Shown: positions 49,885 through 63,514 of the stretch, in pieces
Numbering within the stretch: position 1 is the stretch's first letter
How the letters are laid out: each line of letters begins with the position of its first letter
NCBI GenBank assembly: GCA_025603075.1
Contig: MU626322.1
Coordinates: 43,997-107,996 of the forward strand
Source: Neoconidiobolus thromboides FSU 785
Lineage: Eukaryota > Fungi > Entomophthoromycota
Direction: 5' to 3'
Length of the DNA stretch: 64,000 nt
The notes under the pieces: model-generated
The model's input: the letters and a program-made list of their open reading frames with translations, nothing else
Told to the model about the DNA's origin: nothing
The model's database searches: none
Made by a program: the position numbers and the translations under genes

Positions 49885-52800
49885 ATGAATCCAACAAGTA
49901 ATCCAATACCAGCCTCTGCTACAACTCCAAAGCGTGTGTGTAAGGGCTGTAATTTGGCTATTGGACATTGTTCTATTGTACAGTTTGGAAACGGGATATG
50001 GCACTTAAACTGGTAAGTGGCACTTTTTGAAATTTAAATTTATTTTTTTAAAGTTTTATAAAATGTTTATATTTCGCTCACTAATTATAAAAATATAGTT
50101 TTCGATGTGTTAAATGTTCAAGGAGTATAGAACCGGATGACAACTTATTATTATTAGCAGATGGTTCACCTTTATGTTCCAACTGTTCTCAGCACTGCTG
50201 TGTTTGCAAACTGCCTATCTATGACGAAGCAGTTATGACTGGTAAATTCATTAAAACGAATCTGTTTTATATAGCATTTACATTCATTTTTCTTCATTGA
50301 ATTTAGCTGACCAGTGTTATCATGGAGATTGTTTTCGATGTTCTAAATGTAATAGTAAAATCGATGGCTCCTTATTTGCAAGGACGAGCAATGTAATTAT
50401 AATGCTTATTGATAAAAGTTTAATTTTAGTTATTTATTATATTAGGGAATATTTTGTATGTCTTGTTACGCAGAGCGGAAAGAGCAACAAAAGAAAAAAG
50501 GGATACTAAATGGGGTTAAAAATCAGGCTAAAAATAGTAAAGAAAAATCTTTACCTTCTATTCCAGTAGAAGCTTTATTTGTAATTTTAAAACCAGGTTT
50601 TTTGATAGTATAAACTCATCTTTTTATTAGAATATCGCTAGTCCTGAGCCTTATAGTCCTACAATAACTTATCCTGAAACTACACCTGGATTACCTAAAA
50701 ACGGCGGTAAAAGAAGCAGTTTTACTAAAGAAAAAGTGGATAACAATAATAATTCAAATAATCTTAACAATCGCTCACTTGATAGTCCATTTTTACCTCC
50801 TGATACTAATAATCCAGAAACTAATCTAACTAGAAGACCTACTAATGCATCATTAAATTCTTCTTCTTCAATTGAACAATCTTATTCTTCATTTTATGTC
50901 GAAGGTCTACTTTCTGATATTAAAAATTTACAAACTCAATTAGCAGACTCGGAGTTTAATTATTCAAAGTTAAAAGTAAGTATCGTTTAGTGTAGTAATT
51001 AATTTAAATAAAGTATTAATCGTAATTATTAAATTATATAGTTACATAGCGATCAAGTGAATGAAAGGATTAAAGTATTTCAAGAAGAGTTTACGATTGA
51101 AATTAATCGACGTAAAACAGCAGAAGCAAATTTACAAAAGATACAAATGGAACATGAAAATGCTAACAGTACTGTGGCCCAATTAAGTTTAAAAATTTCA
51201 ACACTTGAGAGTAAATGTACCAAGTTAGAAAAAGAGATCATACGATTAGAAAAGAAAAAACAAAGTTTAACTAATGAAATGAATATTGTTAGCAACCCTA
51301 AACTTAACCGATTTAATACTTTACATAAAAGCAATAGGTAATAACAATTTTATTATAATAGAATTATTATATGGTTAATTAATTTGTTTAGTTCTTCAAG
51401 TTTAAGAGATTTGAATATGAATAATCTAGGGCTATCTCATTCTGATTCATTAGAAAATCTGTCAATCAAAAAGGATATATCAAGTGAACCAATTGAAATT
51501 AGGCCAGTAAATATTGAAGATAAAAGGAAACTAAATAATAATACTAATAACATAAATCACCTGACTATCAACAATAATGAAGACAATTTTAAAAGCAGAG
51601 TGACATCTGTACGGCGATCTTTAGATGTAAGAAGTATTGATAAAATGAAAGGAATAAGTAAAAGAGCATCCATGGATGAATTATCTATCTTAGAAATTCA
51701 ATCCCCTTCAAGTAGTCCAACTAACAATCTACTATCTACTTCCCCTAGTTTATTGGAATCTACTTTGCCCAATAGCCGTTTGGATAAAAACAAAGATAAA
51801 AAATTTAATTGGAGGAACGCGTTTAGAATCAATCAATCAAAGCAAGAAGCTCTTAATAATAGTGAAAGTATCAAAGGTAAATTGAGAATCAAAATATCAG
51901 ATTAAGTGATAATAAAAATTTTAGCCTCTATTTCCATTCCAATAAGTGTGTCAGATAGCTCCAAAGGTAATTAATAGTATACTATATTAGATATTAAATG
52001 TTAATGTTAATTAAAGGGAGTCCAGTTAGTACACCAGGGCAAATAGATTTAAGAGAGATATTGAATGATCATAATGTTTTCGAGAACAAAAGTACGGGGC
52101 ATCAATTTGTAAATCATAATTATTTAAGGCCTATTAAATGTGATCATTGCAAGGAAAAAATGTGGGGTATTCAAGCTAAAGAATTGAGGTGTTCAAGTAA
52201 AATTTATTATTATTATTAGAGACCAAATTAAATTATCTTTAGTATGCGGTTATCATAGTCACTCCAAATGTGTTAAAAATATTAGCACCGTTTGCTCAGG
52301 ACCAAATAAAGGGATTGAGAGTGAAAATGAACTTGCAAGTAAGAGTAATAGTAGTATTAACGAAAAGGAAAACAATAAACAGAATAGCGGTAAGTATAGC
52401 AATATAGTGATACAATAGTATACTTTATTTACTTTATTAAATTTAGAACCTTGTACTATTTTTGGAGTTGAGTTAGAAACTCAAGTGGAAATTGAGTCGC
52501 CAAGATCTATCCCTTTAATTGTTGAACAATGTGTAACATCAGTAGAAGCTAGAGGTAATTAAAAAATGATAATTAAAAGACTTTAGCTAAGTTTAAATAG
52601 GGATGGAATTAGAAGGAATTTATCGAAAATCAGGGCCACAGAGCAATATGAAAGCGTTACGTAAACAGTTAACACAGAAAGAAGATGGGCAACCACCAAT
52701 AGCTAATTTAGAAGAATTCCAGGATATCACAATTATTACTTCAGTATTAAAGCAATATTTTAGAGAATTACCGCAACCTTTATTTACATATAAATACCAT

Positions 52801-53103
52801 AATTCATGGATTGAAGTCCATGAACGTATTGAAGAAGAAAAAGCGGATGCTTATGCCAATGTATTAAATTCTTTACCAAATGTCTATAAGGATACCTTAA
52901 TCTATTTCATGGACCATTTATATAAAGTTTATTGTAAAAGAGAAATTAATTTAATGAGTAGTAAAAATTTAGGTGTGGTATTTGGACCAACATTGATGAG
53001 AAATTTAGACGAAAGAATGGATTTCGACCAGATGGCTTTAAAGAACGGAACTATCGATAATTTAATCCAATTATGGCCTGACGTTAAGTTAAGTTTGGAA
53101 TAA
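49885..53103 (+). CDS. LIM-LIM / coiled-coil / C1 / RhoGAP protein (Rga1/Rga2-like); multi-exon
   Basis: CKGC..WHLNC|FRCVKC..LCSNC, CCVC..YHGDCFRCSKC LIM domains; HQF..CDHC..C..C..H..C C1 domain; EGIYRKSG, KQYFRELP, NLMSSKNLGVVFGPTL GAP motifs. Confidence 0.92.
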
Positions 53104-53587
53104 ATCAAGTTCGAGTTTTGTGAGCTTAAAAATAGTCATTTACTTGATTTGAAACTTAAATCAAAAGCAATGAAATTAAAAAATTATCCCCTTTTATATG
53201 CTGGTTCGTTAATTGCATTTTATGCTTCTTAAGTCTAATTTTGGTTAGTAACTTTTGTTTAACTTTTTAAAAAAATGACATTCCTCTTGTCTCTTCACCC
53301 ATCCCTCTCTCTTAATCCTATCCATAGCCTCTATTCCTTCTAATCTTTACCCTTTTATTACTTATTAATATTAATTTTATATTCTAATGTATTTAATTTC
53401 TTTTTTTTATACTTTGTTATTTCATTTTATATTGGGTTAGATAAATTAAAGATCTCAAGTGTAGTTTTTTAATTTATGCAGAATGGTTTAAGTAAGATTA
53501 TGAGATATTTTAATCAGAGAATGTGATGCTTTTTGAAGGAATTTTATTATTCAAGAAACAAGTTTTGTGATTATTTTAAAAAAACAA

Positions 53588-53688
53588 TGGGGATATTTTT
53601 TTTAGCTTCAGCATTTTTTCCATCTTTTAAGCGCTATTTGAGTGGAAAAATTGTTAGTAAAATTCTTGAATACAAAAATACATTCCCA
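53588..53688 (-). mobile_element. MITE-like copy
   Basis: Matches consensus. Confidence 0.8.
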
Positions 53689-53938
53689 TTTTATGTTTAT
53701 ATGTGGTAACGTTTTCTTTGTTTCATTGATTTGTCCATTTTTTATATAACAAAATTTAAAGTTGATAAAAGTTAAATAAAAAACCCTTCCATATTAAATT
53801 TAATAAACATCAAAAATACAGCTAAAAAGTGATTGAACAAAAATACAGTTTATTAAATATACATAACTAATACACCCTATACCCTCAATTTTTAATGAAA
53901 TAATAGATTAGCAACATTTCCTCCCTTTGCTTTATGGC

Positions 53939-54847
53939 TTAAAACCCCGAAGTAGTTAAAATCAATTTAACTATATTAAAAAGTTTAAGACCTTCCAAAG
54001 ATAACTTAACGTTCATAATATTATTTAACATTTGGTTAATTTTAACTTTGTAAAGTAAAATAGGATGACTTAAATTTAAAAAACAAATAACAGCGTAAAT
54101 CATGGAATATAATAATAAATGGATGACTAAAGTGGCAGGTTGAGTTAAGATAATAGTAGGGTTAGTGATCTTATCAAATAACTCTTTAGCCTTATCTTTA
54201 GTTATCAAACTATTTAGCCTTGGACTTGGTATTAAAAAGTACTTAAAGATTAAGTTGGAGCTCAATAGTGATGCTGATTCCATTGTATTATTATTTTTGA
54301 TGGCATCCCAATCGTCCTCTACTTCAAGATCAAACTCAACATCAAATGAAAATCGCTTAGAGATATTGTTGTTATTGACATTATAGTTATATAACATTAA
54401 TTCGCTATTATTCAATTCTTTCATTATTTCAGTTGGACTAAACACGAAGCTTGGTAAATCAGGTTCTTTTTCAACAAGATTATTATGATTGTGTTTTTTA
54501 TGCTCTGTTATAAGCCACCTTTTATTTGATTGAGGTCCAAAATACCATTTTTCCTGACTTTTTAACTTGTTATTTATATTGGATTTAACTAAAACCTGTT
54601 GGCTATCAGTGGATCTTAAATAATTTGTGTTTTCAAATATATATGTTAGTTCCAATTCCTCTTTCTTTTTATCAAGTTTCTCCTCTTCGCTATTTACTTT
54701 ATTCATACATTTCACTTTATTTTTGTCTATTTTTGAAGTGTATAAATAATCAATATTTTTATCATCATAATTTATAAATTCCCACTTTTTAACCTTAGAA
54801 TGCCCTTTACTTTTAATTTCTCTCCTCGTTTGTTCTTTCATGGTCAT
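53939..54847 (-). CDS. Uncharacterised 302-aa ORF, possibly a truncated Zn2Cys6/MHR-type TF remnant
   Basis: Long ORF in AT-rich DNA; LIFKYFLIPSPRL...LLLYSMIYAV resembles the start of an MHR; out-of-frame upstream CHSYRRYYKLY. Confidence 0.4.
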   Translation of the reverse strand: MTMKEQTRREIKSKGHSKVKKWEFINYDDKNIDYLYTSKIDKNKVKCMNKVNSEEEKLDKKKEELELTYIFENTNYLRSTDSQQVLVKSNINNKLKSQEKWYFGPQSNKRWLITEHKKHNHNNLVEKEPDLPSFVFSPTEIMKELNNSELMLYNYNVNNNNISKRFSFDVEFDLEVEDDWDAIKNNNTMESASLLSSNLIFKYFLIPSPRLNSLITKDKAKELFDKITNPTIILTQPATLVIHLLLYSMIYAVICFLNLSHPILLYKVKINQMLNNIMNVKLSLEGLKLFNIVKLILTTSGF

Positions 54848-56091
54848 TGTTTTATTATTTTTTATTAGTGTATAATTTATAGTATCTCCGATAACTATGA
54901 CACTTTTTTTTATAAAAATTCAATGAATCTTCCGGCTATTATATACCTTTTCAAGCCTTTTTCATACTATTAATTAACTATTAAATCTATTTTTATTATG
55001 ATTTTTCTTGGATTACCAAATATGGTATTTTTTTTCGTTTTTTATAAAGTTTAGAATAAACTATTACTCAAATCACCGCTCTATTTTTTAATGATTAAGC
55101 TTGTTCTAATAAAATCCAAGTTAAACTTCTTTACAGGTTAAATTGTTCAGTTTTTGTCTATTTATATGCTTTGAGTTAATTTTTAACTCTTAATTTTTTG
55201 GGTTCCTGAAAAATTAAAATTGACTCAGAATCTTGTTATGCTAAAAATGGCTATTTGATTGAAGAGTGAAAATTAAATTAAAGCTTATGTTTATTTATAA
55301 ATATAATTTATACTTTTATTGTCAGAGTTCACTGAACTATTTGAAATAAAGCTTTATCTTAAACCCTCAGCCCTCAGTTACTAGATTATTGTTTATGATT
55401 TTACAATACACTTCCATAATTTTTTCAAGCGCCTTAAAAATTTTTTTACATACTTATTCATACTTTATAATAATCATTTCATTGTTTTTATTTATAATGA
55501 AAAGTGAATAAGTATCTAAAAATTTAAAGTCATTAGAACAAATTCTACAACTAGAATATAAAACACTAGTAAGTATTAACTACAATAGTAAAAAAGAATA
55601 TAATTTATTTTGCACTGCTTTATTATAAGCTGATAGTTGTTTAAAGTATGTAACAATTTAAGTATCTTAATCTTAACTTTTGACTTTTAAATTCAAATTG
55701 ATAGTAGAGCTCTATATCAAAGTAACATAATAACAAATAATCAACAATAAATAACTTATAAATGGCTAAAATGATAGCTAAGATATAACTTTAAAATAAA
55801 ACGCTATAAGTCCAAATCATGATACAGTCTTAACTTAGAGCTAATAAAATTTATATAATCCAAAAGTGCGAAATGAAAAATATTAAAAAGCGAATAGACA
55901 AATAATAAAGCTTGAAAGAGTGGGGTATATTAGTAAAGCTTAAAAAATAAGAAGATAAAAGCATAACCCCAGTTCTGTAAAAAATGATAATAACTAATAG
56001 TTTAAAAGTTCCACTATTCAAACAGTATAATAGTATATGTTTTTTCTTGTCTAAATGGGTTAAATTTTATCTCATTAAAATTATTACTCAA

Positions 56092-56792
<701 letters not shown>

Positions 56793-58042
56793 GATAAATA
56801 AATAGAAGATTGAGACTGGATAATAGTATTAATTGATATTAGGTAAACAAAAAATTAGAAGTTTTTAAAAAGTTTAAAGTTTAAAAACTGTTTGAATATT
56901 TAAGTGGTAAAAAATAATTCTTGATGTTTTTTTGCTCTTAGTTTCAACCCAAACAACATGACTTTACATTGGATTTAGGGGCTTATCTCAAAAGGAGTTG
57001 ATTGGGGAGGCACGATTTCTTGCTTGTCCAATAGCATTTGTTGTCTTAATTTAGCTTCCAACCAATAAAAATCGCTATATCCTTACTAGAACCAATAAGT
57101 TAAGATTTTAACCCCATTCTGACTTATTTATGAGCGGTAAATGACAACGTCATTTGAGCTTTGTCTTCCAATCATTTTCTATTAAATATGGCCTTTTGGA
57201 TGATTCTATAATTACTTACTTCAAATTACTAATATAGCAAGCTTTGGTTAATGTCTCTATTATTTTGTGCCTGAAGTGCATTTTCTAACGAATGTTATGT
57301 TGTAGAAATAAAAACTACGTTTATAAAAGGTTAACTTTAAATTAAATAGTCCGGACATTCTGTTCATTAACACTTTGTAACTGAATGGTTCGACCATGTT
57401 TATATGTAAGAAGCTGTTTCTTAAATACTGCTAAATATAAAAATAAAGATTTAAAGAGCTCGGCTTTTAATAAATCGAAACACTTTTTGTGGCTACTTTT
57501 TATGCTTAAGTTGCCTTTTAGAATAAAAATTATTGGCTAAAAAAATTCAAAAGTTGTTTAGTTTAAAATGCAGAACAAGTTAGTTATGTTTGTTCCTAGT
57601 TTTTAAAAGTTAGGATAGAACCAAATTGAGCACTTCTTTGAACTGTTTTTAATTTATCATGTTTAGTTTTGTTGCCTTTTTCACGTAGACCCACAATTAC
57701 TTCGGGGTATCAATAGATAGTTAAAAATTATACTTAAATGCCAAAATCGAAAACTAACAGAAACCCAAGTATTTGTAAAAGTGTATTTAATGTTTATTTA
57801 TTAATTTTAAGTTATCTAATAGATGTGTTATTTTAAATGACTAGAATAAAAAATGACATTGATATTTTTTATGTCAATTGTTCCTTAAAAATTATAAACT
57901 AATGGTAATGTTTCTAATATATTTACACCCTCTTGACGCATGCAAAGAAATGTATTAGATCCCCACTTCAAAGCTGTAAAATAATTTTAAAGTGGAAAGG
58001 TGCAAATCTAAAGCTGAAAAAAAACAAATTGGAGATAGTGTG

Positions 58043-58156
58043 AATTTGATGGAAAATGTGAGGGCATAAAATATTTGCCCAATTGCTAGCAACTACGAAA
58101 AGACTATAGTAATTGGGCAAATATCCCATATCCTCACACTTTTACTTTATCAAATT
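58043..58156. repeat. Imperfect foldback inverted repeat (~115 bp)
   Basis: Perfect 14-bp arms ATATTTGCCCAATT (58071-58084) / AATTGGGCAAATAT (58111-58124), extended by TGTGAGG/CCTCACA and AATTTGAT/ATCAAATT. Confidence 0.75.
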
Positions 58157-58238
58157 TGTGTTAGCTAAAAGTTAAATGAAATTTTAATAGATAATTAGCT
58201 ACCCATTATTTAATTAAAGAAATGAAATAGAAAGAATA

Positions 58239-58440
58239 TATAGGGATGTTTTCTTTGGTTTCATCACTTTTTTCATCTTTTAAGTACTATCTGAGTGGAA
58301 AAATCGTTAGTAAAATTCTTAAAAATACACTCCATAGGGGAGTGTTTTTTTTGACTTCATTGTTTTTTCCATTTTTTAAGCGCTATTTAAGCGGAAAATT
58401 TGTTAGTAAAATTCTTAAATGCGAAAATACATCCCCAATA
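58239..58440 (-). mobile_element. Tandem pair of MITE-like copies sharing one TA
   Basis: ...AATACACTCCA-TA-GGGGAGTG... junction at 58335-58336. Confidence 0.8.
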
Positions 58441-60185
58441 TAGTAACCATATTTCATGTAATAAATTTTATATTTATTAGCTTAAATTATTTACATTTTT
58501 AATTAAAATTTTATTTTTCTAGTATTTTTTCAATTTTAGATTTACATCTTTCTAACTTTTAGGATTATTTGTGGTCTTGAATGGGAACCCTATATAAGGG
58601 AAATTCATCAGAACATGTAATCAAACTACTACTATCTGAAATATATCTTATACTAAGGAGCTTGGTAGCAAGTTTTAAAAGTTCCTTACATGGAAGTACA
58701 ATTGTGATCTTTAGTTTTTAAGCTACATAAAGGCATCAAAGTCCCTGTATAAGTGAAGAGTACAGACTAACTAAGGTTAGAATTATAAATTATATAGGGA
58801 TATATTTTTTGTTTAGGAATTATGTGTTGAAACAAATGGAGTTGTCAAAAGTGTAATGTTACAAAACATCAATGAAAATACTTAATGATATTTATTGCTT
58901 TTAGCATTAATCATTATTGTTAAAAAAAGTGAAATTCCTAAAGACAGGATGCCAAAATAGCTTACCCACTTTCTAATTGTCTACCTCTCTTTTCGATATC
59001 CTCAGCCCCTTTAACCTCTATTCTCATCTTTATTAAAATTTTCTCTTAGTAATAAAGCACTTATGAACCTCTGACTTCAAGATTTCAAAGCGACCGAGTG
59101 TTTTATTTGGTCAAAATAAAAGTATATAATTGCAATTTTAAGTTAAATATCCATTATTAACCTGTGACATGAGGAAAGTAAAGCAAAGTAATCATCTGGC
59201 AAATGAGTCAGCTAAATGTGGCCCCAATACTAACTCATAATATTCTTTTATTTTGAATTTGATTGCTATTTGTAGTTCTACAGTGTACAAAAGATGAACA
59301 AAATAATGGGAATCGAAAAATTGTCAATTGATATTTATAATGATAACTTTTTATAGTCTTCTTTGAAGCCATACTAATAGCTTAAATCTACTATTTAAAA
59401 GAATAGGGCTTAATAGCATAGTATCTAAAAGGCATAAAAAACCGTAGTTACGATTAGTAATAGGGCAATATCAGTGTTTTCAATATGATAGAAAAAGAAG
59501 TCAACTATAAACTATTTTTATATAAACATGAAATAATAAAAAGGTCAGTAGGATTTGAACTATATCTTCTTCAGATATTTTCATTAAAAATTGGAAAACT
59601 AATGACTTAATTTAAGAAAAGACATACATAGATATGAGAATGTTTTTTACCTGTTGCTTACTATTTTTTAAAAATTTAGAAATTAACCGATGTGACTGTT
59701 TAAGTTTAAATGGGCACTGACAGATGATAAATTTTATATTTGTTCTATCATACTAGATGAGAGTTATTAATTTAATAATTGTTTTAAAATAAACAGTTAG
59801 TTAGCACTTCTTATTTAAGCTTGAATAACGTAATATGCTAGTTAGTTGACTTCCAAATTAAAGATAGAAAAAAAGGACAATTGATAAAAAAAACATCCTA
59901 TTTTTGTGTGAAATAATACTTATCTAGCATTAGTAACTAAATTCATTCCTATAATAAATTTTGGCAAATCAAATAACCTCAACTTAACAAACATTACTAA
60001 AATAACTATTTTGTTTTATGTCAATAGTTAATAAAGAAGTTTTACATTGTTAAATATGATCTAAAGTATTACATGATAGAAAAAAAAATCATTTATAGAA
60101 ACCATAACAATCATCACAATTACATTTGTTTTCAATATTATAAAATTTAGGCAGATGAATTAAATCGAATTAAGTTAATATAATT

Positions 60186-61939
60186 TTAATTTAAGTTTTC
60201 AAGAATTAAATTTAAGTTGGTAGGATAAAGTAAGTCAATGTGTCCGAACTTTAAAGTGTGGTTCTTTATATCGCTTGGCCAAACAACTTTAAATTGATTC
60301 AATACGACTACTAAAAATATCTTTTGCTCTAATAATGATAGGTTAATTCCAAGACCTAAAAATAATGATAAATAAATAGTCAATAAAATTAACGAACAAT
60401 GTTATTTTACATGATCTACTACCGGTTGAAAATGGAAGCCAAGATTTCAATTGACCCATAGTACAATCTTGGAATCTTTCAGGTATAAATTCCAAGGGAT
60501 TTTTCCAGTGAGTTTCGCTTCTCATTAAGTGATAAAAATGAGTTTGAAGCAGGGTATTAGGTGGTAGAAAATAATTTTGAAAAGTAGCTGAAGTCTTATT
60601 GATTCTTTCTAAATTGACAGCTAATGGTGGTAATAATCTTAAATTTTCTTTAATTACCATTTCTAAGTATGGTAAGTTTTTCAATTCTTCCTCGCTTATA
60701 TTATTTATATCTTTTATATTGCTTTGTATTTCTTTGCGCACCTTGTCTTGGATTTCCTATAAATTCGTATGTAAATAATAATAATAATAAAATGATTGTT
60801 TTACAGGGTAAATAGCTAAGTGGTATAACAACCCACTAAGGGACATAGAAGTTGTATCATGACCAGCAACAAAAAGAATCTTAAAGGTCCACTAAGATAA
60901 TTGCAATGTTATTTTTAAAAGTAAATATATATTATAAATCATTTACCAGCATCTCTTTATAAGTCAATCTATAATCTTCAGTGACGTTTTCTGAAGATGT
61001 ATTAACTAAAGCAGTAAGCGCATCATTTTCTGGATCAATCTTGTTTCCGTCTAATAACTTTTTACGTTCAACTATATAACTCTCAATCATATCATCGAAC
61101 TGTTTAACTATTTCTAATTCTTCGGGTCTAAAACGATCCAGAAATGGAAAAATAATGTACAAAGGTTTATTAACTATTATCATAGATTGAAGGTACAACT
61201 CAGCAGCCTTACTATGTTGCTCTTCTAATTCCTAGGATCAAATGTATTAGCTTACATTTTAATAGAAAAATAAATTAAATTACTTTAAAATCAATATCAA
61301 ACACTAGTTTTCCTAACATGTCTAAAGTCAACCTAGAAAAATTAGTACTATTAACAATTTACATCATAAAATTTACTTTTCAGTTAGAATATGGGGGTTG
61401 ATTTTCTCACTGCCATCTTTACTAATTTCTCGAACTTTATTACAAAATTTAATACATTGATCAACTAAAAGTTTAGCATCCCATTTCTTTTTAAAGAATT
61501 GATTGATAGCACGACGATGTTTTCTCCAATCTTTACCATTAGAATAAACAATATTATCACCAAAGAATTCACCTGCGGTAGTGTTACCAATAACTTGAGT
61601 TAATAATTGTTTTTCAAATTTTTGACTATCATTTAATACAGTTTGTACATCTTCTTCTCGACTTAGATAAACAACCCATCTCCCGAATATCCATACCTAC
61701 TGCTTGTTAGCTATCTTGCCTTATATTTATATATTTAATATTACTATACATATGCCTTCTTTTTCTAATAAATCTTTGTAGATCTCATATCTTCCTTCAA
61801 AGCTAAGAGTTTTTAAGATGGCAAGGAACGATTTGTAAAATGGTACCCTTGGCAAATGACGGAGTTGCTTTGGTGGCAATGTTAATTGATATAGCGCCCC
61901 AAAGATTATCAGAGTTATTAAAATTGAAATTAAAAACAT
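60186..61939 (-). CDS. Cytochrome P450 monooxygenase; multi-exon
   Basis: N-terminal TM then PP motif, FVAGHDTT I-helix, ENLR (ExxR), FIPERF, heme motif PFSTGSRSC-LG with the Cys codon split by an intron. Confidence 0.93.
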
Positions 61940-62210
61940 TTGAATTTCAAAAGAAAGATTAAGGAGTTGGCTCTATGTTTTCACATTTATATATTTGTTT
62001 CACATAAGATTAATTTTTTCGATCCTTTTGCTTTTTTTCAATTTATATTATTCAAGTTTCTATCTTTTTGATTATCTGTTTACCCTTTTTTTCCAATTTT
62101 ATTTTTCTAACATTTTAATCCAAATATCAGAAATGGTAAAAACTCCATTTTAAATATAAATTCAATAACCAAGTTTGTAATGCAATTCTTTTTAAGTCAA
62201 AAAAGAGATA

Positions 62211-62309
62211 ATGGGAGTATATTTTCTTTTTAAGAATTTCATTAATCTTTTCGCTCAAACAGCACTCAAAAAATGGAAAAAGTAATGAAACCAAAGAAAA
62301 CATCCTCTA
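62211..62309 (+). mobile_element. MITE-like copy upstream of the P450
   Basis: Matches consensus. Confidence 0.7.
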
Positions 62310-62995
62310 CTAGTGTGGCATCCCCCAACTTTAGCCTCAGGGTTGACACTTAGACTGTAATGCCTAATATTGTTGTTTTATTTTAAATGTATGCTTATTA
62401 GTTGTTTATTATAGAATAAGAAAATAAAAATTAAGCCCAAAATCAGCTATAGTGCTATTTCAGAGACTTAAATCATCGGTATATAGTATACATTTAAAAT
62501 AAAACAGTTACATATTGGTAGTTACATTAAAATATAGATTCAAATTGAATTTAATCTACTTTTTATAACAAGTTTACCTACTTTTAATAAATTGATTTAG
62601 AGCAAATAATAAATTCTACAATATAAATCAACAATCAGTTGAGAATTACATCAACTATGAAGACTTTGAGATTATTTAACAAATCATACTATTCTAAATA
62701 AAAAAATTAAATCTTACAATTTAATCACTTTTATTTCTATTACTAATACCTCCATCAAAATCATTATAGTACAAAACGTCTATTTAAGGAATGATAAGTT
62801 TATAGGGTTTTATAAATTACTACTTTAGCTTAGATTATTAAAAAGGTAATTGTAAACTAAGATTAATTTTGTTCCTTTTCTCTTCGTCTTAATTTTTAAC
62901 TTAATTAAAAACACTTATCTATAAGAGTTCAAGATTTTCAAAAAAAAGATCAAACAAAATTTAAAGATATATAATATATAATAATAGTTTATTTT

Positions 62996-63514
62996 TTAAA
63001 TATAGTTGACATTACAAGAAGCATCTTGTTGAAGCTGACAGAGATAACCACTACCAGATCTACTAATTCTAAAAGTATTGGCAGGACAAATAAGTCTGAG
63101 AGTAGATGCATTTTGTACTCCGTTAATACCATAAATAGTAAGAGTATAAGTGCCATCACCATTATTAATATAGTTAATACTTGGAGAATAGATAGTATAG
63201 TAATTATCAACAGCTCCATAAAATTGATTAGCTCCATTCCATCCTGTAATACCGCTATAATATGGATAACCATTGTAATATCCTCCATTTCCATAATGAC
63301 CTCCATTGTAATTACCAAATAATAAGTTAAATGTTGTCTTTAAGACATGAGCAATTAAACCAAAAGTTCTTCCTTGAACATTACTCTTTTGAGTAGTATC
63401 CAAAGTTGGTGTTATAATTTCACCTGCTGGTGGAATACTAGGAGTTGATTGAGCTGCACCATTAGCGTAACCTAAAGCTACTAAAGATAAAAGGAAGACA
63501 GAAGCGAATTTCAT
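62996..63514 (-). CDS. Orphan secreted protein, 172 aa
   Basis: Signal peptide MKFASVFLLSLVALGYANG, P/T-rich spacer, amphipathic segment, G/Y/N-rich repeats, C-terminal domain with 3 Cys. Confidence 0.85.
   Translation of the reverse strand: MKFASVFLLSLVALGYANGAAQSTPSIPPAGEIITPTLDTTQKSNVQGRTFGLIAHVLKTTFNLLFGNYNGGHYGNGGYYNGYPYYSGITGWNGANQFYGAVDNYYTIYSPSINYINNGDGTYTLTIYGINGVQNASTLRLICPANTFRISRSGSGYLCQLQQDASCNVNYI

Noticed and set aside
57963-57995. 9/10 inverted repeat CCACTTCAAA/TTTAAAGTGG, and a similar 9-bp stem at 11522-11544
   Set aside because: Expected by chance in AT-rich DNA
60186-63514. P450 plus secreted protein as a biosynthetic cluster
   Set aside because: No backbone enzyme, transporter or precursor-repeat evidence in the window
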